A stretch of DNA of 63,897 nucleotides, the filler included, from Octopus bimaculoides (taxonomy: Eukaryota), in the NCBI RefSeq assembly GCF_001194135.2. It is 8 parts of 6 records of this genome, joined end to end, with 100 filler letters (N's around TTAATTAATTAA, not from the genome) between each part and the next. Parts side by side here need not be neighbours in the genome. Positions count along the whole stretch, not along the records: positions 6,707 to 18,688 come from NC_068983.1; positions 18,789 to 24,102 come from NC_069003.1; 6 more parts are not named here. The stretch is one strand, 5' to 3'. Within the stretch, counting starts at the first letter, position 1. Each line of letters begins with the position of its first letter. The notes below the pieces were generated by a model, which saw only the letters and a program-made list of their open reading frames with translations, did not search any database and was not told the origin of the DNA. Below are positions 10,441 through 22,059 of this stretch, in pieces. The translations under genes were made by a program, and so were the position numbers.

Positions 10441-12115
10441 CTTTTTAGTTTCAGTCCTAGGACTACTGCACCGCCGTTTGGTTTGCTACACTTTCACTAA
10501 ACTTCCTCTGATATGTCACATTTGGTGAATGAGGGAGTTTGACCTTGCAGCCCGCATCTGTATTTCTTGCCTTGAGGTAGGTTCATCCGCATCTCTTGAT
10601 AGAAGATCAAGTTTTGTTTTGAAAACGCCTACATCCACACTATGCAGGTCTCTTATACTTTGTGGGATGATATTGAAGAGCTGTAGGCCTTTGAAGCCCA
10701 AGCCTTTGAAAGCAAGTAGTATCTGGTCCTGTACCCTGATGGCAGTGTTAGGATTTTTGATACTATGCGGTGGTGCCCCGTTCTTTTGTGCAACTGACAA
10801 TGTCAATGTCTGGTACAGTTTCTTCTAGGATTTTCCTGGTGTATATTACTGCACATATTTCCCCCCTTTGTTCTAGAGATTAGAGTCTTAGCTCTTTCAG
10901 TCTCTTCCAGGAGCTGATATGTCGCATTGTGTCGATCTTCTTTGTGTAGCTCCACTGGATCGCCGTCGTTAATTTTACACTGTTTGGTGATCCAGAAAGC
11001 TGAGGACTATCATAGTTTCCCTTTCTCTCGTCTTGAATGTGCGAATGATCCATCCAGCCAAGCATCTGCATTTTGTTGCCAACTTAGTAATATGCACTTG
11101 GAAAGATGCATCGTTACTCATGTCTATGCCCAGCTCACGCACTGATTTTGATTTAGGGATTGCAATCCCTCGTGGGTCAGTTTATCCTATCTGCTTTTCA
11201 TTGAGCTTCATGCGTTGATAGTGAAAGGTTAGGCATTAAACTGCAAGTTATTTTCCTCAGCCCAGCTGTATAATGCTTCCAGCTCACGTCTCCAGGGTTC
11301 TGTATCCTTTGAGAGACATTTGTGTGGTCTGAATAGCTAGCAAGGGTGGCTACTTGAACAGTGGAGGGAATGTCAGAACACCACTCATGATTTGTATTTC
11401 TTTAGAGGTGGCCTCGTTGGTCATCACTACCTGAATTCTATGTTTTAGAAAGTCATTTAGCCATTCTGCAAGTTTTCCAACTATGCCAAGATTATGCTGC
11501 TCGTGACTAATCATACCATGGTCCACTCTGTCAAAGGTTTTTGTAAAGTCGAGGTATATCACGTCCACATTTAAGTTGTTGAGCAGCTGCTTTAGCACCC
11601 AGTCGTAATGCTGCAAGAGCTGTGCTAGGCAGCTTTTATCTGGTCGGAAAACGTGCTTGGTGTCAGTCAGCAAATCATTCTCTTCAAGGAATGCAATTAA
11701 ATTTCTTCGGACTATTCCTTCGATAAGTTTGCTGATGTGTGAGGTCAGAGAGATAAGCCTTCCCCGCTTCCTCCTTTATGGATAGGGCATATTATTCCCG
11801 CCTTTAGTTTGTCCGGGAGATTACCATATACAAGGAAGCTCTGAAAAAGAAATTGCAGTGATTTTGCAAGAACTCGTTTCCATGACTTGAGAAGAATTAC
11901 TGGGAATCCATCAGGGCCAGCAACTGATTTAGGGCATCTGGTGGGTGATATGTAGTACATATGACTATGTCAAGTTGTCTTACATGTACAATTAGTGTGT
12001 CATTCCCTGAATTTGATTGTAAACAGAATCGAACACATACGCTTTGTATATGCGTTGTTAGTTGGTGGGTCGGAACATATTCTCTTACGCCTAGAGACCA
12101 CAACCGACCCACGAA
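10441..12115 (-). mobile_element. CR1-clade LINE remnant (APE fragment, RT, 3' end), internally deleted
   Basis: DIVICTTYHPP (APE), AGPDGFP...CPIHKGGS, HVFRPDKSCLAQLLQHYDWVL...VDVIYLDFTKTFDRVDHG (RT), GLQLFNIIPQSIRDLH...FKTKLD (C-terminus). Confidence 0.9.
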
Positions 12116-12873
12116 CTAACAACATATGTACTTGTGTATGTGTGTTCGATTGTGTTTATATACCTGGAGCTGCTTCTTATCCGCATAAGAGAAAATTTAG
12201 AGAAATTGTAGGTATCACAGAAAATTTTTCGAGACCAGCCGTGAGTTATCTCGCTTGTCTATGATTTATAGGTATTTTTTAAACAAGGTGTATTGACGAG
12301 AAAATATGTAACTACACATGAGATTTNNNNNNNNNNNNNNNNNNNNNNNNNNNNNNNNNNNNNNNNNNNNNNNNNNNNNNNNNNNNNNNNNNNNNNNNNN
12401 NNNNNNNNNNNNNNNNNNNNNNNNNNNNNNNNNNNNNNNNNNNNNNNNNNNNNNNNNNNNNNNNNNNNNNNNNNNNNNNNNNNNNNNNNNNNNNNNNNNN
12501 NNNNNNNNNNNNNNNNNNNNNNNNNNNNNNNNNNNNNNNNNNNNNNNNNNNNNNNNNNNNNNNNNNNNNNNNNNNNNNNNNNNNNNNNNNNNNNNNNNNN
12601 NNNNNNNNNNNNNNNNNNNNNNNNNNNNNNNNNNNNNNNNNNNNNNNNNNNNNNNNNNNNNNNNNNNNNNNNNNNNNNNNNNNNNNNNNNNNNNNNNNNN
12701 NNNNNNNNNNNNNNNNNNNNNNNNNNNNNNNNNNNNNNNNNNNNNNNNNNNNNNNNNNNTATATATATATATGTGTGTGTATATACGTACATATATACTC
12801 ATATGTAGGTACATACATGAACCCATACATATAGTGTCACATGTATGAATATACATATATGTATATCTATATT

Positions 12874-12920
<47 letters not shown>

Positions 12921-14327
12921 GTGTACATATATAAATAAATATACATACGTATATATGTATACATACGTACATACCTGTAGAGTGTTTTGGGATATGAATC
13001 AATGTGTTTAGCATGAGGGGTAGTACTATATAATTAAGGAGTGCATTATTAATTTCCACAGATCGCTCTTTCTGTGAGCTTCATTTGCAAAGATTTAGGC
13101 TTCACTAAGTTGAACGGTTCTTGGTACACATCATGAAGACGGAATATCTGAGCGATGTCCTTGCAATAAAATTCATGGTAAGATCTGTTCAAGACATGCA
13201 TATATCCAGTAAGTGTAACTTAATTATCTACTAAGATAGAGGAGTTCCGTTTTCAATTCTATATTATATCCATTTTCGTTGTCTTTAACTAATCAAAGGT
13301 GTTGAGAAATATACGAATATCATACCTCTTAAAGGCAATTGCGCTAATTATTTGTTAACTGACAGATCCAATCATGTTTAGGGGAAGAATTGAGTCTATC
13401 ATACTAACTTGCATAAGAAGAATAAATAATGAATGATTGTTATACCCGCTTATTAAATATTTCTACGTAAACAGCCTCACCCATTTTCCCCACAAACACA
13501 TGCATACTCACTCGAACAGGTTCAGAAATTCTTTCTCCCCTTGATTTGCACACAATTATTTGTATTCTATGAAAGTGACAGTTATATATCCCATATGAAT
13601 AGCCTTAAACCGAACCTTCTAGGACTTTTAGAATTCAATTCACAAAGTTCTCTGTGTTTTTGATAAGACGTTTGATCGATTAGAGAAAATAAACATTTGC
13701 TAAACTCGTTATGGAAGGAAATTTAATATCCTTCTATTCACAAGATATAGATTGGCCAATAGCATTTACCGAAGACACAGTTTATCTGGAGATAATTGCA
13801 TATATAACTTCACGATATAACACTCAATATTCATTTACTTATTTATTCGTACACTTTTCACCATTACCACTGGAGATAATATTCGCATTTTTTGCAGCAT
13901 AACGTGTCTAGAGATTTTCAATAATAATGAGGAATCGCTGAATAGATTTGGAACAAAACAGAATTCGGAATATTTATTATCAGAAATATTTGAAGAATAG
14001 ATTCCACAATGCGATATAAAAACATACTTCACTTGAAGCAGTTAAAGGCTTCCTGAATCCCAACTGAACATTTAAGTTTCACCAAGACATGTTGACAGAT
14101 ATGTTTCGAAAGCTAAATTCAATAATGGCATGTGTATTTGACAGTTTTAGATAAAGTCTTTCAGTAAATTTCTTTCAAAAGTAAACAGTCTGTATAAATC
14201 ACTGTCCTTTCCCAGTAAAACACCACCACCCCTCGCATGCTTCAGCACATTAAATAGGAAAATACATACAGATATACGTATGTGCACACATTTAAACATT
14301 GACACACATACATACACTCTCACGTAC

Positions 14328-14380
<53 letters not shown>

Positions 14381-16393
14381 ATATGATACATACATATATA
14401 TATATATATATATGTGTGTGTACGTGTATTTACATATATACGCATACATTCACACACACACACACATACATATTCTACCACAAACGCTTGGTTTCTACTT
14501 CACAAATTGTGTCTTTATCAAATCTTCTAGAAGTAAGGCTGTATATAAACATAAAGATAATGTCAAATTTAACCTAACATCTAAGGTACTTGAGATTGAT
14601 GTGCATATATGTAAAATAATTTCAAGCTTTAGTCAATAAAGACAACTCTCAAAGTTTCTTATCCCGTTGCTGGTACTGTGTATTATCGATGATCAAAACT
14701 CTTACCTCTGGTTGAACATCTCCACTTCAAGTACACACCATATATGTATTCTGTTATTATGTTTCTTCCGATGTGGGGGCTAGCTTTATAGCTCTATATT
14801 ACAGAATGATAAACTATGTAAACGTATTCTTTGAAAGACATCTGGAAGCTAGTGAGATTACTAAGGGTCATGCCCTGTATGGTATCACCAATACTACCTT
14901 CTTCAACGTTATAAAATGACAGAAAATAACTGAAAAAGTAGAAACAATATTAAGAAAAAAAATCAGTGGAAGATTTATTACTCTGTAACAAAGGTTTTTT
15001 TTTTCAGAAAATATCAAAAATTGTTTTTGTAAAATAACTTAAGATTAAAGATATTGCTGATACTAATGGATGGGCAAATGATGGGAAAATGCGATATTCA
15101 GTTCTACCCATTTAGAAATCTCTGTGGTGTCTATGAAAGTAGACTAATTAAGCTTTGAGAATCAAACTAATTGATTGTACTCCTTCAGCAAAACGTCTGC
15201 CCTTATCTTATGTCGGAAACCAGAATAGCAATATAAGTATTAGTAAAGCTAATTTTCTGTTGTGTAAAACTCATTGTTTTTTAACAACTTTATCTAATTT
15301 CAGAGGAAAATTATATATTTTCCATGTCTGTATTTTTGAAATTGTCAGTTCAGTTATAACTGTAACATAAACATGTAAACATGTTTATGATGTTGTAAAC
15401 AAACGCTGACTCTATAGAAGTCGTGACTAATCCGTTAATATCAGAAATTCTGATGTTTTGACGCTTGGTTTCCATTTACATTCTCCCAGATATAATGTTC
15501 ACTATTAGGTACCAATTAACTGAACATGCAATGCAGATATTCGATAAATGCAAATTCTTTTTTGTGTAATAATATACTTTGTTGCTTCTAAACTCACCAA
15601 TTAATGGGATTAAAGGCCAAGGATAAGAAGCTCATTGCGCTTTTGTTAACTAATGATGTAAAAATCCTGTTTTCTTCTATACACGACACAAGGTGATAAA
15701 GCTCTCCTAATTGTAACCCATTCTTCACTCAGTTTTTCTACCAAGAATAAATATGTAATGTGTAGCTCTTAATATAAATAATGGTTTCTTATTTAGGTAC
15801 AAGGCCAGCAATTTAGAGGTGAAGGTGTCTATCGATACCATCGATCCGGTTATATTCTTTAGGCATCGGTTTAAGATACAAAACGTGAATGTGGTTTACT
15901 GATATTTTGCAGAATTGCTAGCTATCATTCAGTGTGAAACGTCACCTATTTCACCTTTCAAAATAGATATTAATGCTGATCCATCATTCAAATATATTTT
16001 CCATCTCCATTAGTGTATCCTTTGTTTCCGAGATAATTCGTCTTCCACGAAACAGCAGGATAGATGTATCAGATAAGATAACAACTATTCGATTTTGCGA
16101 CAAGAATCAGACTCAAGAATATAAACATATTATAAATTTTTACATGAAATTATTGCTTGTAATATACGAATATACATTTGTGTCGTCGTTACTGAGAGTG
16201 TTTTTCATTAACTAGAGAACGTAAATAAAACCTTAAAATAACTATGTTGAAAAATGTTAGACCTAATTATTATTGACTTCTACCAGTAAGCTTTGAGTAC
16301 GATTTTTTCTAGTTTGCTTGTGCGCGGCATATATATGTATATATATNNNNNNNNNNGTTGTATTTCGGGATGCTCATTTTGTTTTTGCTAAAT

Positions 16394-16574
16394 AAACACG
16401 CGCACTATATATTCGTTCTTCACTCGTTTATTACTGTTCTCATTTTATCTTGTGTCCATTGCCTCGAAATTTTTCGTCACACAATTATGACCTCTTCAGC
16501 GATCCTTTCCGGCCACATGTATCCTCCTGTTCCGTAATAAATGAGTGCAGGAGGAATATATAGTGCGTGTGTTT
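16394..16574. mobile_element. 181-bp cassette bounded by 41-bp inverted repeats, hammerhead motif in the spacer (probably Penelope-derived)
   Basis: Arms 16394-16434 and 16534-16574 match at 36/41 by hand alignment. Confidence 0.6.
16464..16502 (-). ncRNA. Minimal type I hammerhead ribozyme motif
   Basis: UCG-CUGAAGA-G-GUCA-uaauugug-UGAC-GAAA-AAUUU-CGA: both core boxes intact, 4-bp stem II, 3-bp stem I, imperfect stem III. Confidence 0.6.
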
Positions 16575-16597
16575 GCACACACACACACACACGCACA

Positions 16598-16990
16598 CAG
16601 GGTTAGATTTGTATTTTTGGTGACTTCAAAACACCGACGAAACAAGTGTTTGGTGTACAATTTCCTAAAATTAGAAATCACCTGTTGCCTCATTGGCTGC
16701 AAGATAGGTAGTGTTGCGTGAAAGGTATATAAATTTTATAAATTTAATTTCGTCCAGGATATCATCTTCAGGGGTAAGAAGGTGAGCAGGAGCATAGTCG
16801 AGGATGAGAAGAGCCTTGAGAGGAAGATTGTTCTCTAGAAGATACTTTTTCAGTGCTGGTCCGAAGACAAAGTTGACTCACTTGGAGAAGAATTTCCTGG
16901 TGATCCAGGCTTTAACTTTTGCTCTCCGCATGCTTCTCCTTCAGAATTTTGTGTGACTTGAATACTTGTAGAATTTCAGAAATGTAGGCA
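16598..16990 (-). mobile_element. Tigger/pogo transposase (DDE_1) remnant
   Basis: KAWITRKFF..VFGPALKKYLLENNLPLKALLILDYAPAH and QPMRQQVISNFRKLYTKHLFRRCFEVT. Confidence 0.9.
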
Positions 16991-17069
16991 AGACGCAGCT
17001 TAATCTTCCTTTGTGTATGCCATATCTTTATACTCTTATATCTACTTATATCAGTGCACATTTTTCATA

Positions 17070-17427
17070 GTTACTCTTTACTCTTTTTACTTGTTTCAGT
17101 CATTTCAGTCGAGCAGATCGATCCCAGGCCTTATTCTTTGTAAGCCTATTACTTATTCTATCGGTCTCTTTTGCCGAACCGCTAAGTTACGGGGACGTAA
17201 ACACACCAGCATCGGTTGTCAAGCACAGACACACAAACACATACACATATATATATAGTATATATACGACGGGCTTTCAGTTTCCGTCTACCAAATTCAC
17301 TCACAAGGCTTTGGTCAGCTCGAGGCTATAGTAGAAGACATTTGTCCAAGGTGCCACGCTGTGGGACTGAATCCGGAATCATGCGGTTGGTAAGCAAGCT
17401 ACTTACCACACAGCCACTCCTGCGCCT
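17070..17427 (-). mobile_element. SINE group B, full length, short internal TA/TG tract
   Basis: tRNA head (A and B boxes), ACCTTGGACAAATGTCTT, microsatellite at about 17225-17265, complete 3' module. Confidence 0.92.
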
Positions 17428-17479
17428 ATGAACATTTTCTTGTATACCTATATTTAAATAAGTCTATATGTTATTGAAT

Positions 17480-17880
17480 CATTTATCTTATTATTTTGCT
17501 TCTGTTCTCTTACTTTCTATCAATAGATAATATGTGTCTCTTTCCCAAATAAATTCCATATGTAAGTTGTGATCCTTGTTTGAGTGATCTTTGTAGTGAC
17601 CACCTAATAGTTCTGTAAATATGAGGTATTCTGGTGCTTTTATATAATAGTATTCTTCTTTTTAGTGCTTATATTGATCTGTACATCCCTCTTATCTCAC
17701 CTGATTCTGATATCCCTTTCTAAAATTTTTTTAAATTTTACTTTTATTTTTATACAACGTATAATAATACACAGGTTTTCCTATACCTTGATTATAAACT
17801 TTTTCCATCGGTGCCCTTAGTGTTTTCCTAGATCTCATTATAGCGTCTTAAGTTCCATAGTGCAGGCCCCTTTAACTGAA
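17480..17880 (-). mobile_element. R4/Dong clade RT remnant, highly decayed
   Basis: Frameshifted YR.TC / TLYK, GCTDQ and IPH motifs occur in the order of YRPITCL.TLYK...GCKDQL...DSIPH of R4/Dong RTs. Confidence 0.45.
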
Positions 17881-18479
17881 AATAATGATAAGAGTTTATG
17901 TCACCCATACTTACCTCCTTTATGGTGTGGTAAGTAGTACTTATGGCCATAAGAAATTAAGATTAGGGGGAATATCTAATAATATTTATTTATGATCAGC
18001 AGCCAGTTCTGAACTGTCAGCTCATAATGGTCTTAATTCTCAATAAGCGCAGCCTACTAGCCTTAGATAATTTTTATGGTGATAAGAACGTAGATAAAGA
18101 AAATTAGAAATGAATTACAATCCCATACCCTCCACTTTGATCCATTCCTGCCATTCTAAAATTGTAGCTGTTTTTCTCTTAGATTATTCTTGATGCAATA
18201 GTGGTAACATGAAATGCTTCCATCCTCTATCTATGATAAAATATTTGAGAAAAATTATATTAATATATATCTTGTCTCTTGAGAATCCATATCTTTTACA
18301 AATGGAAATGGCATTGTAATTTAAATTGATTAAATGGAGCCGCTTGAAACAGTCGTATTGCATTATTATCAGACATCCCGTTACTTATTTGATTTTATTC
18401 ACCTCACTTCGAGCTCTGTGGATAATACCGGACTGACTTGGTGCCTCAACATAAGTATCTAATTCAACTAAAGCTTAAT

Positions 18480-18574
18480 TATTTCTCTCTCCTTTCTCTT
18501 TCGTTCTTTCTTTCTTTCTCTTTCTTTCGTTCTTTCTTTCTTTCATTCTTTCTTTCTTTCTTTCTTTCTTTATT

Positions 18575-18605
<31 letters not shown>

Positions 18606-18650
18606 CTTTCTTTCTTTCTTTCTTTATTTTTTCTTTCTTTCTTTATTTTT

Positions 18651-18686
<36 letters not shown>

Positions 18687-18688
18687 TC
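18480..18688. repeat. (CTTT)n microsatellite
   Basis: Directly visible. Confidence 0.95.
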
Positions 18689-18788
18689 NNNNNNNNNNNN
18701 NNNNNNNNNNNNNNNNNNNNNNNNNNNNNNNNTTAATTAATTAANNNNNNNNNNNNNNNNNNNNNNNNNNNNNNNNNNNNNNNNNNNN
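18689..18788. other. Assembly gap placeholder with TTAATTAATTAA
   Basis: 12-mer at 18733-18744. Confidence 0.95.
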
Positions 18789-18799
18789 TATAACAGTAA

Positions 18800-19140
18800 G
18801 TGACTCTCTTTTGCCTTTTTGTTTTCTTTTTTTTTCTTGGATTTTTTTTTTTAGTTCATAGGGTTATGCTCAAGATGGCTCCGTCGTTCACACGTGCCAT
18901 CCTTGCTACATTCACCCATCTTTTTTTGAAGCATTCACTAGACAAGACTTCCCTTTCTACTCTCACCTTCCTCTTCAGGTGATACTTGAAGAAGTTGATG
19001 AGAGATTGCCCAGAGAGGAAAGTCTTTGTCTCTAGACCTTTCAGACGCGTCCACCATAAACATTCTTTCGCCATAGCCACAAGTACGATGAAAATAGCTC
19101 TTCCTTCCCGTTTAAAGGAAGGAGGCGCGACAATATTCAC
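18800..19140 (-). mobile_element. L1-Tx1 clade LINE, 5'-truncated 3' end with A-rich tail
   Basis: Open 94-aa ORF2 C-terminus (VAMAKECLWWTRLKG...FFKYHLKRKVRVERE...KRWVNVAR), stop, then A-rich tail. Confidence 0.75.
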
Positions 19141-19175
19141 AGATAGATAGATTCATACATACATAAAAACATAAA

Positions 19176-20225
19176 TACAGGGTGGCTATAATGATGGGAC
19201 ATATTTTAAATGCTAGTATCTTTGATTATAAAAATGACATAGAGTACCAAATATATTTACTATATATACAGGAGTTCAACATATTATCTAAGATTTGAAT
19301 ATCACATCCTGGAGATTGTCACCACCACGAAGAGAATATTCACGAGCTCGCTTTCTCATATCAAGCACACTGCAGCTTAGCATATCAACTGGAATGGCTG
19401 CAATCTCTCTATGGAATCTTTGTTTTAGTTCCACTGTTGTGCGGGGCCTTCTTGCGTATACTCTATCCTTGAGGTAACTCCACGGAAAGTAGTCCACTGG
19501 TGTTAGATCCGGTGATCTGGATGGTCAGTGGATATTACCAAATCTCGAAATGAGATGTCCGGGGAAGTTTTCTCGAAGAGTTGTCATTGATAGTTACGCT
19601 GTATGACTAGTGGCACCATCTTGTGACATCCACATCTGTGTCAAGACAAGCCTTTGTAACTCGGAAAAGGTCTTCAACATATGGTTGTAACGCTCAGCAG
19701 TTACCGTTGCAGCTGCACCATGATCGTCCTCAAGAAAGTAAGGACCAGTCATACATGCATTAGTCACTGCACACCACACTTGCAACCCTCTCACTGTGCA
19801 AAGGCCTTTCATGCACGATTTGAGGATTTTCACAACCCCAAAACCTACAATTACAGAAAGGGAAAATTGAGCTTCATCTTATGTGATCAAGTGATGGATA
19901 AAATCCTCTTCCTCTCTGCACATATTGACAAACCAATCACTAAAAGTCTTTCTTTGTACCTTATCTGGGAGAAGCAATTGCTGCACTAGTTGTACCTTTT
20001 ATGAATACAAATGTAGGTCTCGTTTTAAAATCCTTTTGATACTAGTTCGCAAAATATTCAACTGTTGAGCCAATCGACGCGTAGCAGAGTGAATTGCGTC
20101 ATGGTGCTGCTTTTCTTATAGACGGTGCTCAACTGACCGTACTATACTGTGTAGTCGACAAAATCAAACAATGCGCATCGCAAAATTAAGAATATAAAAT
20201 GGTGACAATTTACCCATCGCAACCT
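19176..20225 (-). mobile_element. Tc1/mariner element of DD37D/DD41D (maT/rosa-like) type, decayed
   Basis: WCAV...GPYFLE...TVTAERY..ML, QDGATSHTA, PSRSPDLTP.DYFPWSYLKDRVY; TA+CAGGGTGG terminus at 19176. The opposite TIR is degenerate. Confidence 0.85.
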
Positions 20226-20226
20226 A

Positions 20227-20279
<53 letters not shown>

Positions 20280-21459
20280 NNNNNNNNNNNNNNNNNNNNN
20301 NNNNNNNNNNNNNNNNNNNNNNNNNNNNNNNNNNNNNNNNNNNNNNNNNNNNNNNNNNNNNNNNNNNNNNNNNNNNNNNNNNNNNNNNNNNNNNNNNNNN
20401 NNNNNNNNNNNNNNNNNNNNNNNNNNNNNNNNNNNNNNNNNNNNNNNNNNNNNNNNNNNNNNNNNNNNNNNNNNNNNNNNNNNNNNNNNNNNNNNNNNNN
20501 NNNNNNNNNNNNNNNNNNNNNNNNNNNNNNNNNNNNNNNNNNNNNNNNNNNNNNNNNNNNNNNNNNNNNNNNNNNNNNNNNNNNNNNNNNNNNNNNNNNN
20601 NNNNNNNNNNNNNNNNNNNNNNNNNNNNNNNNNNNNNNNNNNNNNNNNNNNNNNNNNNNNNNNNNNNNNNNNNNNNNNNNNNNNNNNNNNNNNNNNNNNN
20701 NNNNNNNNNNNNNNNNNNNNNNNNNNNNNNNNNNNNNNNNNNNNNNNNNNNNNNNNNNNNNNNNNNNNNNNNNNNNNNNNNNNNNNNNNNNNNNNNNNNN
20801 NNNNNNNNNNNNNNNNNNNNNNNNNNNNNNNNNNNNNNNNNNNNNNNNNNNNNNNNNNNNNNNNNNNNNNNNNNNNNNNNNNNNNNNNNNNNNNNNNNNN
20901 NNNNNNNNNNNNNNNNNNNNNNNNNNNNNNNNNNNNNNNNNNNNNNNNNNNNNNNNNNNNNNNNNNNNNNNNNNNNNNNNNNNNNNNNNNNNNNNNNNNN
21001 NNNNNNNNNNNNNNNNNNNNNNNNNNNNNNNNNNNNNNNNNNNNNNNNNNNNNNNNNNNNNNNNNNNNNNNNNNNNNNNNNNNNNNNNNNNNNNNNNNNT
21101 ATATATATATATATATATATATATTATTTATATTATTATATGTGTGCGTTTGTGTGTGTGTGTGTGTGCGTGTGTGTATGTGAATTCCATATTTTTAAAA
21201 TGTCTTTAAAACTACTGAATCGTTTCTACCCGTCAAGATTTTTACGATCCTAATTTCTCTGTTACTTTTTACTGTTTCATTCTATTTATATAATTACAAA
21301 AACCAAATTCCTCGTGCTCTAAGAACGTTTTCATTCGCTTCCATTCCATATTTTTTCATTCGCTTCCATTCCATATTTTTTCCTAATATACTTGATTTTT
21401 CCGTGGCCTCCATATGATACTAAAATTCAAGCGTTTGAAGGCCACACATACGTTGTCTG

Positions 21460-21605
21460 TGGTATACATACATACATGCGTACATACACACATATATACA
21501 TACATACACACATACATAAATTCGTGCATACATACATACATGCATACACACACACACACACATACATACATACATACATACATGCATACATACATACATA
21601 CATAC
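21460..21605. repeat. (CATA)n/(CA)n microsatellite
   Basis: Directly visible. Confidence 0.9.
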
Positions 21606-21614
21606 ATAATGGTA

Positions 21615-21884
21615 GTGTCTTGTAGTCCGAGAAAGACAGTTGTGTAGTTTCTTACTGAACAACCTGCACTGATGATTTGTTCAGATTGATCAAATGTATG
21701 TGCTGTGACATTAGCTCATTCTCTCAATGAAATCGACATTGTTTGAACGGGAACACGGTGTACCAGAGGCCAGGTGTCGAAGTAATCGCAGAGCAATGTG
21801 AGATGAAGTGTTTGCTCAAGAGCACAACACGCCACCCGGTCCAGGAATTGAAACCACAGCTTAACCACTAGACCACGCGCCCTC
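21615..21884 (-). mobile_element. SINE group C variant 2
   Basis: GAGGGCGCGTGGTCTAGTGG head, GTTTCAATTCC B box, then TTGTGCTCTTGAGCAAACACTTCATCTCAC shared with other group C copies; unique downstream body. The 3' limit is uncertain. Confidence 0.7.
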
Positions 21885-22059
21885 AACCACACACGCACAC
21901 ACATATACATACGTATTACGTATGTACGTACATACATACATACATACATACATACATGCATACATACATATCACTCTAAAATCCATACCATCGACCGCCT
22001 TTTCCCTCCGGCTTTTTCCATCTTTTTCCCCTCTCTGTCGCCCTCCCATGCTCACAACA

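Noticed and set aside
12222-12262. GAGA...TCTC-GAAA-AATTTT partial hammerhead-like half
   Set aside because: No CUGANGA box upstream.
16748-16771. CTGAAGA...GAAA hammerhead-like spacing on the minus strand
   Set aside because: No stem II; it is Tigger coding sequence (PEDDILDEI).
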